Assembly: GCA_043228905.1 (NCBI GenBank)
Contig: JBHGNT010000002.1
Span: 13,516,001 to 13,580,000 of the forward strand
Direction of reading: 5' to 3'
Source of the DNA: Azolla caroliniana
Taxonomy: Eukaryota > Plantae > Polypodiophyta
DNA: 64,000 bases
The notes below the pieces were generated by a model. That model did not search any database and was not told the origin of the DNA. It saw only the letters and a list, made by a program, of their open reading frames with translations. The position numbers and the translations under genes are program-made. Positions 1 to 13,045 of the stretch are shown here, one piece after another (position 1 is the stretch's first letter; each line of letters starts with the position of its first letter).

Positions 1-975
1 GGTCTATCTTCCATATTCATAAATGTGTCATGGGTTTATGTCAAGATTGTGGCCCTACTAGATTTAGGTGGTGTCCAAATGAATTGAGTAGTGAAATATT
101 GATCTCTGTGAAGTTATTTGAGTCAGTGAACACCAATTTTGAAGGAAAGGTGTGTAAAAGAAAGGATCTAGTTTGGAAGATGCTTAAACCAAGGGATTTG
201 GTGTCTCTGTTTGTAGTATCTCTAGGAAAGTTCATTAAACACAACTTCATTTATTCATGGCAGGCCCATCAGTTTAAGACTTGCATATCTGATTTCCCAA
301 ATGATGTAGTAGTCTCAATAGTAGATTTCGTAGAGAATTATACTTTCAAGCAGTAGAATGAAATTCAATCTATGCATTGGTGTTCAGTTTAGGTAACCAT
401 TTTTGTGCACATAACATATTTTCGAGTTTCAGGTGATGTTAAAAAAGTAATTCATTTCTTTATTTCTGATGATAAGAAGCATGATACCTTGTTCGTCCAA
501 CATTGTTTTAAGTTACATTGGCAGTGGTTATTAGCTCAACGTTTGGAGCTTACTCAACATTGGGTTTGGTCTGACGAAGCTGCGCCACAATTCAAGGCTC
601 GACGTCCATTTTATTTTGTGGGGAGGTATCCTGCTATAACAAGTTTGGAGATGAGATGGAAATTTTTTGGGTCTAGCCATGGTAAAGGTGAACATGATGG
701 TGCAGGGGTTGTTATAAAGCGGGCACTTACCCATGAACAACTAAAGACAGATGGTGTGCACATGAATTGTGCATCACATGTAGTTGAATTTTTAAGAACA
801 AATATGTCAACGAGTGCAACAAGTGTTTATTCCTCGCAAGTCTGAGATATCAAACGTGAATTTTGGGAAGTGAAGATAGATGAAGTAAATAGGGAGAAGA
901 CCTAGGAGTGCCAAGGAATTCCCAAATTGCGATCTTTGCATGTTGTTCGCGGTTATTCCAGGTTGAGTATAACTT
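1..975 (+). pseudogene. Degenerate Sola-type (Sola2-like) DDD DNA transposase fragment
   Basis: ORFs 30-356 and 405-845 are in the same frame, joined through in-frame stops: DFVENYTFKQ*NEIQSMHW...SDDKKHD...WSDEAAPQFK...FFGSSHGKGEHDGAG. This resembles the DFxENY/QSxHW/HD/SDG/HGKGxxDG signature I recall for Sola2 transposases. No TIR visible. Confidence 0.65.
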
Positions 976-1492
976 GTTAAATCGGCAAGCACCACCGGTT
1001 TGGCAAATTGAACCACGAAGAAACCGGGATGAAGAAGAAGAACGCTGGCGGCGAGAGGAGTGCTATCGGCCAGCACAAGATGTCCGGTACAACGATCGAA
1101 GAGACACTTATGACCGGTATGACATACAGGATAGATACTGAGACTATAATGGACGGTACGAGAGATACAACCAGGATCACTCCCCTGGTTGCAACCAACG
1201 ACGGGACGACTATGGCAAGTATGACGACCAGCCCCATCAAGGTTACCGAAACAAAAAGAATTTCAACAAGAAACGTCATTTGAACAAAAAGGGGGGTCAT
1301 CCACGGGAACCGGAAAAGGGCGCTCCAAGCAGCCAACTGGACCAAAACTAAGCACTTACCACAGGACCTCAACTGGGGGCGGGCGCAAACGCCGAATGCA
1401 GCAACACCCGGAAGGCGTATTGCTATTATTGCCGACAGGAAGGTCACTATAGTAACCAATGTCCGACGAAGAGCTACGACAAGCGACCAACA

Positions 1493-4400
1493 ATGAACAT
1501 GGTAGATGCGGAAGTCGCGGACTTACAACAAGTCACTACAAGATCAAAAGGCAAAACCACGGAGTGGGAAACTCAAGAAGCTATCCGGAAGCAGGCAACC
1601 AAATGGGTGAAGAAGGCAAACGAGCGGAATGTAGTAGAGCTCGAACAACAAAAGCAGAATGCCGAAGAGCTCACCGGCCTGGGGCAGCCCAAAAACCCAA
1701 CATGGCAGGCGTTACAAGAATGCCAAATAATGCTGCCGTTAGGCCGGCTATTGCAACTGGTACCATGCTTCACGGAAGGACTAAAGACAGGAAGGACGAC
1801 AGCCGACACGCCACCGGCTCCCGCATTCTTTTCAAATCTGGAGGAAGGACCGACAGTGGTAGACATGAGCAGTCTGGCCATCACAGCCATCGTGAAAGGA
1901 AAAGAGCTACCTGGCACGATTATCGATGGAGGATCTGATGTGAACGTGATCAGCCTCCGAAGGTGTAACACTCTAGGAATCCATGATTGGGAACCATGCC
2001 TATTTTGGCTTCGGATGGCGGACACAAGCTTAGTACGGCTGGCCGAGTTAATACGTGATCTGGAAGTGACCATCGGGGGTCACACATTTCGCATTTCCAC
2101 AGTAGTTCTCCAGCTACAAGCTCAGGGAGCTTACCCAATATTGTTGGGACGCCCTTGGTTAAAAACAACACACATCAAGCAAAACTGGAGGAACAATATA
2201 ATGACGTTTCTGCGTGGAAAAGCGAAAGTGCGAGTACCGACTCAACCATGGTGCGGTACCGGCAATGAATTGACACCACTATATGCGGAATGCGTCAACA
2301 TGCTGGAAGGATTGGCGGACGAAGAGGTCGATCAATACTTAGAAGAAAATCTGAAGATCGTACCGCTGTTCAAAATTGATGTAGCCGAAGCAGTATCACC
2401 GTACATGCTGCAACCGGACGGGACCGACGAGGAACCGGATAAAGAAGCGATCCGGGAGTTACGGCAAGCACAAGAGGCACTGGAAAGAGAAATGGCGGTG
2501 TCGCAGCGCGTAAAAGCATCCCAACTAGAAGAGGTAAACCTAGGTACCACAGAGGACGCAAGACCAGTTCACATCGCCAAGGAAATGACCCTGGAGAACA
2601 AAACGAGAATGATCACACTCCTAAAAGAATTTTGCGATGTGTTCGCCTGGTCCTATGAGGAAATGTGGGGACTCGATCCTCAGTTGTATCAACACCAGAT
2701 ACATCTGAGTAAAGACGCCAAACCGGTAGCGCAACGGCGTTACCGGATGAACCCGAATTACACAACAAAAGTCAAAGAAGAAATCGACAAGTTGCTAAGG
2801 GTTGGCTTCATCCGACCGGTAAAGAAAGCCACATGGCTCAGTCCGATAGTCATAGTACCGAAAAAGAACGGTAAGATATGAGTTTGCGTCGACTACCGGA
2901 AATTGAATGCAGCTACGGTAATGGATGCCTTCCCACTTTCATTCACGGATGGAGTCCTGGATGCGGTCGCCGGTCATGAGATGTACAGTTTTCTGGATGG
3001 TTTTAGTGGCTATAATCAGATTCGGATGCACCCCGACGACCAGGAGAAAACCGCTTTTGTCACCGAATGGGGAGTCTTTGTTGCCATAGTGATGATGACC
3101 TCCCAACGGATCATCATGGAGATTTTCGGAGAATTCATTCCGGCATTCATGCAAATGTTCTTGGACGACTTCGCTGTTTATAGCTGGAAATGGGATCACC
3201 TTCAGCACCTCCAACTATGTTTAGAGAAATGTGGGGTTTACCGACTAAGCCTGAACCCGGCAAAATGCATGTTCGGAGTGTCCAACGGAGTGTTACTTGG
3301 CCACATCGTGAGCAAGGATGGTATTGCAGTGGATCCAGACAAGGTCAAAGCTATTTTGGAGGCACCGACACGAACCACGGCAAAGGCATTAAGCCGGTTC
3401 TTAGGACAAATTCGGTGGCATAGCCGAATGCTCCGGTATCTGGCAGACCTGGCTATACCATTGCATGCCACGGTACATCGGACACCGTTCCAATGGACGG
3501 ACACCGAAGACCAAGCCTTACCGGGCACTAAAAGTACTGTTGTCACAAGTGCCGGCAGTGCAACCTCCGGATTGGTCTAAAGAGTTCCATGTGTTCGTTG
3601 ACGCGTCTGACATCGCAATTGGGAGTGTGCTTATGCAACTTACAGAACCGAAGTGGTACCGGTTAGTGTATAATGCCATCCGGAAGCTGTCCCAAGTGGA
3701 ACGTAATTATTCCACAGCGGAAAGGGAGGCCTTGGGTATGATCTACAATGTCACCAAGTTTAGACACTATCTGTTGGGAAGGAAATTTTCCTTTCACGTA
3801 GATCATTCAGCGCTCCTCTATTTAGTGTCCAAAGCATCACTCACCGATAAGTTGGCCCGGTGGACGTTACTATTACAAGAATTTGAGTTCGAGATATTCC
3901 ACCGACCTGGCATACAACATGCGGTAGCAGACTATTTGAGCCGGTTAGATTCCGGCGAAACAGGTGACGGCGTTCCAAACGACTTCCCGGATTCAGAGCT
4001 GTTTAGAGTCACAGCAGAAACGGCAACGGATGGTACGGTCGCAGAGGAAGACAAGTGGCTCACCAACATGCACCAATTTCTGAGCATCGGTTTACCTTCG
4101 GAGGAGATGAACAGAGACGAGAGGAAACTCTTAGCGGTTCAAAGCCGGCACTTCTGTCTATTACAGGACACATTGTACCACAAAGGTGCAGATGGCATAT
4201 GGCGGCGTGCAGTGCGCAACGACGAAAAGGATATAATATTGCGTGAAGCACACTGCGGAGTGGCTAGAGGAAATTATGCCGGAGACGCTACGGCAAGAAA
4301 AATAGGGCAGAGTGGATTATGGTGGCCAACAACATTGAAGGATGCAATCCGGTACGCTAAAGAATGCGACCTATGTTAGCGAATGGGCCAACCAACCGAA

Positions 4401-5510
4401 CAAGCCAGGATGCCTCACCAGCCCGTGCTACTGTTAGAACCATTTCAGAAATGGGGGCTGGATTTTGTCGGTCCATTCAAACCACCAACAATGAGAACCG
4501 GCAACCGGTACGTGATTGTCGTTACGGATTATTGCACAAAATGGGTGGAAGCCAAAGCACTATGCGACAACACCGCGGCATCCACGACAAATTTTTTATG
4601 TGAATACATCTGGTGCCGGTATGGATGTCCGATAGAGCTAATAAGTGACCAAGGTGGGCACTTCTTAGGGCAAGTAGTGGAAAGTTTGACGACATTTTAT
4701 GCGGTGGTGCACAAACGAAGCACTCCCTATTATCCGCAAGCCAACGGATTAGCTGAGTCAACAAATAAAACACTATAGAACATCCTTCGGAAAATCGTCA
4801 ATGAGAACCAGACGGATTGGGATACAAAGCTACATAGTGCACTCTGGGCCTATCGAACGGCATATAAGACAAATATCCACACAACACTGTTTTGCCTAGC
4901 ATTCGGATTGGAAGCAGTGATGCCGGTCGAGTTCCAGGTACCGAGTTTACAAATGCAGATTCGGGAATGCCTAAATGAGAAGGAATCGGAAGCGATCCGG
5001 TTAGCCGCACTATGCGCATTGGAAGAACACCGGCTAGCCAGCATTATGCACCTAGAACTAGAGCAGCGGCGAAGGAAAATGTTCGTGGATCATCACCGAA
5101 AAGGGAATGAAATGATGTTCGGAATCTATAAGCCGGTACTAGTATTCCAGATCCGGATGGGTAAGATGCCGGGGAAGCTACGGTTTCGGTGGACCGGACC
5201 ACACTGGATTACGCGGGAGTTCAACGGGTCGTACCAGTTAAGGACACTCGCCGGCGAGGTTCTGGGTAAATGGGTAAATGGGTTCCGACTCAAACCATAC
5301 AATGGTCCCATGCCAAGAAACCCATTTGAACAAGTAAAGGCCGACACAGAACCGGACACCGGTAAGTCGAATGAAACGACAACACAATTCGCAATCGGCA
5401 AGAGGGAGCACGAGCCGGCAAATAGCAAGAACGACGCGACGGTAGGCAGTCCCACGGCTGGCAAGTCCCACAATTTGGGTAGGGGTCCGGCGGGCCCGGA
5501 TGCGAATTAA
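1493..5510 (+). pseudogene. pol (protease-RT-RNaseH-integrase) of gypsy copy 1
   Basis: ORF pieces 1493-2881, 2903-3580, 3465-4379, 4383-4778 and 4908-5510 carry consecutive pol motifs. Confidence 0.92.
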
Positions 5511-5830
5511 CCAAACAATTTTATCAAAAAAATAAAATAAATTCAAATAAATTCAAATCAAATCAAATCAAATCAATCAAGTAAATCATGCAAGGGTGAG
5601 GTGTGAACAGACACATGCAAGAACAAGGAGTGAACAGGCACTTTGAAAAGGTACGTTGTGGGCTATTAATAGGATATTAAACCGCCACCACATGGCATGT
5701 CATTCTATTTTAGTACACGATGTGCACACGCGCGAGTCAGAAAAAAGGCGCCAACATGCAACAAGAAAATTCCCATCGCATGGAAGTCTTCACATTTCGG
5801 AAGCAGAGGAGCACAAACGAGCACAAGTGA

Positions 5831-8753
5831 TTGAAGATCATCAGACGCGAGCCCACGCACACAGAGCCTCCTCAAACACACCCCTCACCAGCGCTCACCG
5901 ACCTCCAAGAAGCCATGGACTGCCAAGCACTCTTTGAAGCAGCCAAGAAGTGGCTAAGGCAACACGGGTTAGAAGGTTTCGTCACAATCTTGGAGGCGCC
6001 ACCGCACCGGGAGGCAAAGAAGATAGTAAAGGAAATCGACACGGAACTGATCACGGAGGAGGCCATCCATGCTTTGATTGGCCTTCCGGAGGGGGGCATC
6101 TTCCCTATCGACAACCCTACCCCGGAGCAGCTTCGAAAATATTTTGGGGAATACTCTCTGGCCAGCAAGGCTTACCGGACACAGGGTGGCAAAGATCCAC
6201 TATTTCAAGAGATTACCCGTGTGCTCCATGAATTTGGACATGTATACCCTCGACACCCGTGCATGCCTCAGAACCGAGTCGGCTTAATCATAGCAACATA
6301 TGAAGGCGTGAAGGTGGACTGGCCGGTACTGATTGCGGATGGCCTCTGTGCGGCCATCGACTCTATAAGAGGCAAGGAGGGTCGGAAGATATGGATGGCA
6401 GTTGTGAAATGGCTCACCCTATTGGCGCCACCTATCGAGCCCGTCAAGACCACGAAGCGGGGAAGAACAACCGAAGGCACCCCGAAAACGGCCTCGAAAC
6501 GGCATCAGATGTTGGCCTCTAAAGCAACCAAAGGGAAGGCGGCCGACATGGACCAAGCGGCAAAGGAGCGCGCCAATAGGAAGCGGCAGGCGGAAACGCA
6601 GGAGGAGCCACTGGCACGACCAATCAAGATCAGACTTCACCGACCGGTTCAACAAGAGCCGGACGCCTTGGCAGCAAAAATCAACATTGGGACTCAAGAG
6701 GAGGAAGTGGAGGAGGAATTGTTAGAGCACCTCCAACGGCACCAGAAGGCAAGCACCTCCGAACAGGCTGGGAAGCGTTCGGACCCAAAGAAGGATGGAA
6801 CGCCTCTACCCCGCACTGAGCATCCCGCACCAAGGGTGGAACCGGAACCGGTTCGGACAGAACCGGTCACAGAGCTTCCTGCACAATAAACTATATCGGC
6901 GGGTCAGGATATGGCAAGACCCGAAATGCAAGCGCCAGAAGTACAATTGCCTACCCCATCGGCATGTCAAGAGCAATCAGAGGCGGAGCGGCCAACGGAG
7001 CCGCAACCGGAACCAAAACGGCAAAGCGGTCCCCAACCAGAGACAGAGTTGTAGCTCGACACAACCAGACAAAACCGACCACTGGCCAGCGACAACAACA
7101 GCCAACCCTCCGGGCAGACGCAACAATAGGGCACCGACAGCCAATGGCTCCGGTGGATTGGAGAACAGATTGCCGGAGTGGTGCACTACATAGAGGCGGA
7201 AGAGAAAGCGTAGATGGACCAATTGCTCGTCACAACCGGAGAACTAGAGACAGCCCGGTCAAGGATCCGGAGCCTAGAACAAGCCTTGGACCTGGCCACA
7301 GAAGAATTGGCCAAAATGGCCTTAACCGGACCACCGATCCAAGCACCGGTGACTCCGGTAGATGTATAGAATAAAGACACACCGGCACCTGTACATAGCA
7401 ATAAGACCCCGGAGACGGAACCAGTCCTGGAGATAGTGACGACGCAAGCAAAAGAGCTTGCTGAATTGAAAGATGAACTAGCCGCACAAGAAGCATTACG
7501 CACCCGAGAAAGGGACTTGAAGAAAGCGGCAGAAGAAGAACAAAGGAAGACTGCTGAGAACCTCCGCCGGGCAGAAGACAATCTGCGGAAAGGACATCAA
7601 GCATATGACCGGCTTAAGGAGGAGAAAGAGAAAGCGCTGCAAGGAAACGAGAAGCTGCGACGGATGGTGGAAACGGAGATTGAAAGACTTAAAGAAGAAC
7701 TCCGTCAACAGAAGGATCGGGAAGACTGCGCTCGCCGGCAACTCAACCAGAAGCTGAAGCAGAAGACTGATGATTTTGAGCACCTGCACCGGGACTACAA
7801 GCAATTGGATACGGGGCATAAGAAACAACAGGAGAAGATGGCAGAGCTCCGATAGGAGGTGCATCGAGCTGAGATGACGCTAGTAGAGGAACGGGCTGAA
7901 AGAACCACGCTAGTAGAGAAAGCCGCGCAAGAACGTATGGAACTCCATAAGCAACATTATGAAGAGAAGGAAAGAGCGACAATGGTATTGCAGAGGTTGC
8001 AGAACACCTACCAACACCAATTGTCACATTACCAGGAGCAGGAGGCGGACACGGTGGCGCTGATCAAGCAATTCAAGGAAGAACGGCAAGCCGCGGAGGA
8101 CAAATCGAAGATGGGATTGGAGCGGATCCAGTTCATTGTCTAGGCATGGAGGAACAAGACAAAATGCTTGATCGACGAAAGCTCCGCGCAATGGTGGGAC
8201 AAATGGGCAAAACACACAACCGAACTCCAGTTGCTAAGGGCGGACGCGGAAAACCGGCAGAAGGATGGCGACGACTGCTACATGCTAACAAAGGAGGAAT
8301 TCACTGCCGTAAGAGATGAGTTAGCAGAAGATTTTGTAACTCTAACAGAGGAACAGTCAGCAGTGGTCCGACAACTGGTAGCACAACTGGACGATGATCG
8401 ACTGGATGCTCAAATCCAGTTTGAAAGCTATGAGCGGACCAGGCTACGGAAAGAAGAAGCAAAGTAGGCGGCGACCGTCAACCTCAGCGATGAGGAGCCA
8501 TCGCCGGGGCAAGGACCGGACGAAGACAAGGACGGGACGAGGCAACCGGAGTCAAATCCGATAGAGTAGCTGACGGAGGAATCACCGGCACAACCGCCGG
8601 TACTGGGAGCCTAACAAACGTCATCTAAGGAGCAACAGTCGGAGGAGCTGGAGCCACAACAGCAGTAGCCATAGCCACAACAGCAACAACAGAGTTTTGA
8701 AGAACCATTGGACACCCTGGAGCAGAGTATTCTGGATATCTTAGACGAAGGCT
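5831..8753 (+). pseudogene. Extra ORF downstream of pol (N-terminal globular domain, Pro/Glu-rich linker, long coiled coil), interrupted by stops
   Basis: ORFs 5831-6889, 7436-7855, 7859-8143 and 8168-8467 have protein-like composition and heptad-rich segments. Homologous pieces occur at 36133-36770 (RRWLHEKGLEGY vs KKWLRQHGLEGF) and about 38135-38560. Confidence 0.75.
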
Positions 8754-8808
8754 AAGGGCGGGATAGTGGGATTCAACGTACAAGGTACTGTCCCACGGGC
8801 GTGCCATG

Positions 8809-9182
8809 TGTTACCCGGCCGGCAAAGGAGTTAAAGACCAGAATGTGAAAGGGATGGGTTATTCGGAATAGATTATAATTAAGTAGTTTATGGGATGTGA
8901 ATGGACGGACCGGAATCGGTATGCCGATCTGGATCCGGACCAGTTCCGAACAGGTGCCAGTTGGCACCGTTTTGTACTCAGCACCGATGATCTATATAAA
9001 GGCCCGGTTACAATGTAAAACTTTGACGGATAATTAATAGAGCTTCTTGTTTTATCTTTAAGTGTTGATTACCGTTCTATACTAATTGTTCTATCATACG
9101 CGTGTATCAATCTAATGCCATATTGCTAAGTACCCAATTAAGTCTGATTAATCGTTGTGTCTTAAGTTATCTTGCCGTAACA
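8809..9182 (+). repeat. 3' LTR of gypsy copy 1 (374 bp)
   Basis: TGTTAC...GTAACA termini; TATA-like tctatataaa near 8991; start resembles the plus-oriented 5' LTRs at 33577/36938 (TGTTA.CCG...CAAAGG...AATGTGAAA). Confidence 0.8.
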
Positions 9183-9244
9183 CCCCTTTGGTGAAGTCTT
9201 CTGTAGACACCCTGTGTTAGGCCATTGTCCGGCCCTAAGGAGTA

Positions 9245-9870
9245 ACAGAGACGTCCCATTGAGCCATGTTGACCAAAAAGGAATAATGAGGAACATCTTG
9301 CATGTACCGATGATCACCAAGAACCTGGTGTCAGTTGCACAGATAGTCGACCAAGGTATGCAGGTTCGGTTCACTCAATGACATCATGGGTGCTTCATTA
9401 AAGAGGAAGGAAAAATCATCATGCAAGGTCGCTAAGAAGGGAGGATGTTTATCCTTGAAACAAATGATGTCAACACCGTTATGTTCGCTAAAGGGCAAAA
9501 GGTCGAGTTGGACATCAACCTGTGGCACAAGCGGTTTCGCCACATCAACTTCCCAAAGCTTCAAGTGATGCAGTTGAAACAAATAGTGTTTGGTTTGCCG
9601 AAGTTCAATGTTTCAAAAGGCCAAATATGTGAAGCTTGTCAACTAGGGAAGCATCACCAGTTTCCATTCCCCAACAAGCAAAATTAGAGCAGAAACAAGC
9701 TCATTTTGATCCATTCAGGTGTGTGGGGACAAACACAGAATGTGAACTTAGGCAGGAGTCAATATTTCCTCTGCTTCATCAACGACTATGGCTGACACAC
9801 ATGGATCTACCTCATAGAGAAGAAGAGTGATGTCTTCTCCTATTTTTGGAACTTGAAGAGTTTAGTCGAA
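9245..9870 (+). mobile_element. Ty1/copia fragment (post-protease, GAG-pre-integrase, integrase start)
   Basis: Closely similar to the element at 39284-44612 (VPLSHV..KG...LHVP.ITKNLVSV; LWHKRFRH; ICEACQLGK). Confidence 0.85.
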
Positions 9871-11723
9871 ATAATACTTTTCCGGCCAGTTCTTTCTCTG
9901 TTAGTTACCGTCACACCTTCTTGCTCTATTCAACACTCTTTGGTTAATTTCCTCTTTTTCTTCTTTATTTGGTTCTGAACAATCGATTCTTTCCTTTTGG
10001 ATGATTCTTGGTCAACACTATGTGTTTTCTGTTGACTTTGTGTTTGTTCTTGCTGCTCTCTATCGATTTGTTGTGCAGTTGATCGACTTTTCCCTTTGGG
10101 AGGGGATGTTGTAGTTGCTTCTTCTTGTAACAATATTTTTTCTTGCTATATTTTGGGAGGTTGTTCTTAGACCGTGGGTTGTTGATTCATTGCCTTTGAT
10201 CTTGCTATGTTGGCCCTCTTGTTTGGCTGGCTCTTTGTTGTTGTTTGATCTTCTTGCCACTCCATATGTGGCCTTGTCAAAATTTGCTGTTTTGTTGACT
10301 GCTTTGGCAATGACTGAGATGATTGCCCCTTTTCCTTCTCTGGGGTCTTACGTCCCGTAATGGTTAATTTCTTTGGGCATAACAGAGTCAACCATTGTGA
10401 AACGATTGGAATCATGGTCTTCCCCCCCTTAATAGCCAACAAATGCGCTCTAAGTGTTGGCATAAAAGGAAGACTCCTTGCACTTGGTATCCTTAGTGTG
10501 AACACGTCCTCTAACTAGGGCATGAGTATATAAGCTCAAACCTAACATCGTAAAGAGATACTTGGAGTGTAAGAGTGACAGAGTGAGAGAATAAGAACTT
10601 CCATTGAAGCTCTAAAACTGTGTCTATCTTCTGCCTCTCTTCTTGTTTTATATCTATGTTTTTTGCTGTACATCATCTTGAAGGTCCTCATACACATTCT
10701 TCCGCATATCTATTCGTATACTTTCATCAAGTGGTATCACAACGAGGTTGCTATCTAGTGGCAACAAAAAGCAGAAAAGACTGAGAAGAGAAGCTATCCA
10801 ACTGAAAGAAAAGACAAGGTCAACAACATCTACTTCCAGTAAAAGAATGGTGACACAATCCGACATGAGTGTAGAAATCTTGAAGTTTGATGGGAAGAAC
10901 TTCTTCCTCTGGAAGGAAATGATGGAGGATGTACTCATCATCTAACGACAAGTTGAAGCTATTCGACACACTACCAAGCTAGCTTCAATGTCTACAGAAG
11001 AAGGGTTATCTATGGACAAAATAGCCAGATCGACCATTCAAATGCATCTGGCTGAGAACGTCTATTTTAGCATGGCCAAGGAGACAACAACATTCTCTTT
11101 GTGGGAGAAGTTACAAGTGGTGTATGAGAAGAAATCCTCCTCATCAAAGTTGATACTGATTCGACAACTATTCAACATGAAGACGAGAGAGACGGATCCA
11201 ACAACCTCCCACATTAACAACTTCAACCGGGTGTTAACTTTGGAGAAGAAGTCAAAGCCCTTGACCTCCTTTCGAGCTTGCCGGAGAGTTGGGAGGTATT
11301 CTGCACGACCTTTGTCAATAGTTTTCCGAATCTAAATCTAGATGAGACAATCAGACAAGTCCTCTCCGAGGACATTTGATGAAAATCGATGGGACTTACC
11401 ATTGACGAGTCGGCAAAAGCCCATCACTCGATTGAGTCGATCGAGAGAACAAGTCAAAAGAACTGGTCGGAACATTAGTCGACCAAGAAAGAGGGGAGAC
11501 CAACAAGGGTAAAAGTTGAGGAATAGTCGATCAAGTGATTTCTGCACTCATTGTAGAAAAACTAATCACAATATTTCCGACTACTGGTTGATCAAGAGTA
11601 AGGAGAGTGGTCGGAGATTTGAGCAGGACTCAGGATGATCTGACTCAAACCGTTCTCTAGACAACAATCAAATCAATGTTGCCGACACTCAATTAGGATA
11701 AATTCTCTCTCTAGAAGACTCGA

Positions 11724-12164
11724 TGATCGGAGGAGTCTTGTACAGTGTGCAAGATGCACAAACGTGGATATTGGACTCCGTGCCACATTTCACGTGACCC
11801 TGAATAACGAATGGTTTTCGAACTATTCGGCTGGCACCAACGACACAATTCGACTAGGCAACAAGCAGGAGTGCGTAATCGCAAGGATTGGAAAGGTCCC
11901 CATCCAATTGCCAAATGACAATACCATCACCCTGCACCAAGTCCAATTTGGTCTCCATCGGCATGTTAGTCAAAGACGAGTACAGAATGACTCTCAGTGA
12001 GTCATCATGGATGATGAACCGAGGAAATCTAAAAATCGGGATGGCGCCACACAGATATATGGGGACTGATGCCTGAAAGGTCAGTAGGAGGTGATCGGAG
12101 GAGTCTTGTACAATGTGCAAGATGCACAAACGTGGATATTGGACTCCGGTGCCACATTTCACGT
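11724..12164 (+). repeat. ~370-bp tandem duplication in the copia protease region (second copy split by the gypsy insertion, continues 19502-19801)
   Basis: 11724-12091 is near-identical to 12092-12164 joined to 19506-19801. Confidence 0.9.
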
Positions 12165-12572
12165 TGTCGAGATATTACGCAAGTGCGTGTGAAAATGAGG
12201 CGGGACCGCGGGGGTCTCGAACCAAAGAGCAAGCAAGGGAGGAGAAAGAGAGAGAACCGGCTACGCAGGACCGGGGATACGCAGGGACACGGCCCTTCAG
12301 CACGGAGAACGCGAACAGACACCGACACAGACAGATGCGAATGACTAAATATGTGTATTAACAAAAATGGCTAACACGACTACAACCCTCGATGGGGCAC
12401 AGGTTGTTTACAACCGAACAGGCCGGCGAACAGATGCCGATGCCTGTTCGCTCCGACGCACAAACGGGGTAGCAGGTCGGAGGTGCTGCCGGAAGCACTC
12501 GGGCGTTCCTCGAAACAGCGCGAGCCTCCTCGGAACCCTGCACAGAAGCTATGGAGCTCGAGAAGGAAGGAA

Positions 12573-12611
<39 letters not shown>

Positions 12612-12974
12612 CGCCCAGAAACGGTCCGTCAGCACTTCGTCCTCTCCGCGCGAGATGCCTGCAACAGCTCTTTCCTGCTCCTTATATAGGCCGACGAGCA
12701 GGCCGTCATGTCAGCTTTATTCCCTGTCCCTTTTGGACAGGGATCCGCTCCGTTTTTCACGCATCCGCGTAGTTACGCCGCCGACTCGTACAGTTCGCGC
12801 GCGCGACCGAAAAGACTGTTCGCGCGGTCTTTGTCTCCACTTGAGTTAGGGCCCATCCCTGCCGATTATCCTCCTAATTCGCTTCTATGTACAACTTGGA
12901 GCTTGCGCGCGCGAAGAACCGGTTCCCACGCCTTGGTGCGCCGATTCCGCCTATGGACGGTTTTCTTCACGACA
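12165..12974 (-). repeat. 3' LTR of the intact Trp-family element (810 bp)
   Basis: TGTCG...CGACA termini; direct repeat of 18696-19501. Confidence 0.97.
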
Positions 12975-12986
12975 TCCGCCCCCACC
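12975..12986 (-). promoter_or_regulatory. Polypurine tract (GGTGGGGGCGGA)
   Basis: G-rich run abutting the 3' LTR on the minus strand. Confidence 0.85.
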
Positions 12987-13045
12987 TAACCGCGCATCCT
13001 CCGGCATGCGCCAAGAGAGTTGGGACGGAGAAAACCGGCCCGTCT

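Larger units (their letters stand above)
976..9182 (+). mobile_element. Ty3/gypsy LTR retrotransposon, Athila-like (Arg-PBS family) copy 1; 5'-truncated and degenerate; gag end-PR-RT-RH-INT + extra ORF + 3' LTR
   Basis: Domains in gypsy order: PR (TIIDGGSDVNVI), RT (WLSPIVIVPKK, FLDGFSGYNQI, FLDD), RNase H (VFVDASDIAIG, NYSTAEREAL), integrase (GLDFVGPF, PYYPQANG). Several stops and frameshifts. No 5' LTR; no additional RNase H seen. Confidence 0.92.

Noticed and set aside
9870-10400. Hydrophobic 81-aa ORF (10115-10360) as an env-like or membrane gene
   Set aside because: T-rich sequence between TE fragments, non-ATG start, no supporting homology in the window.
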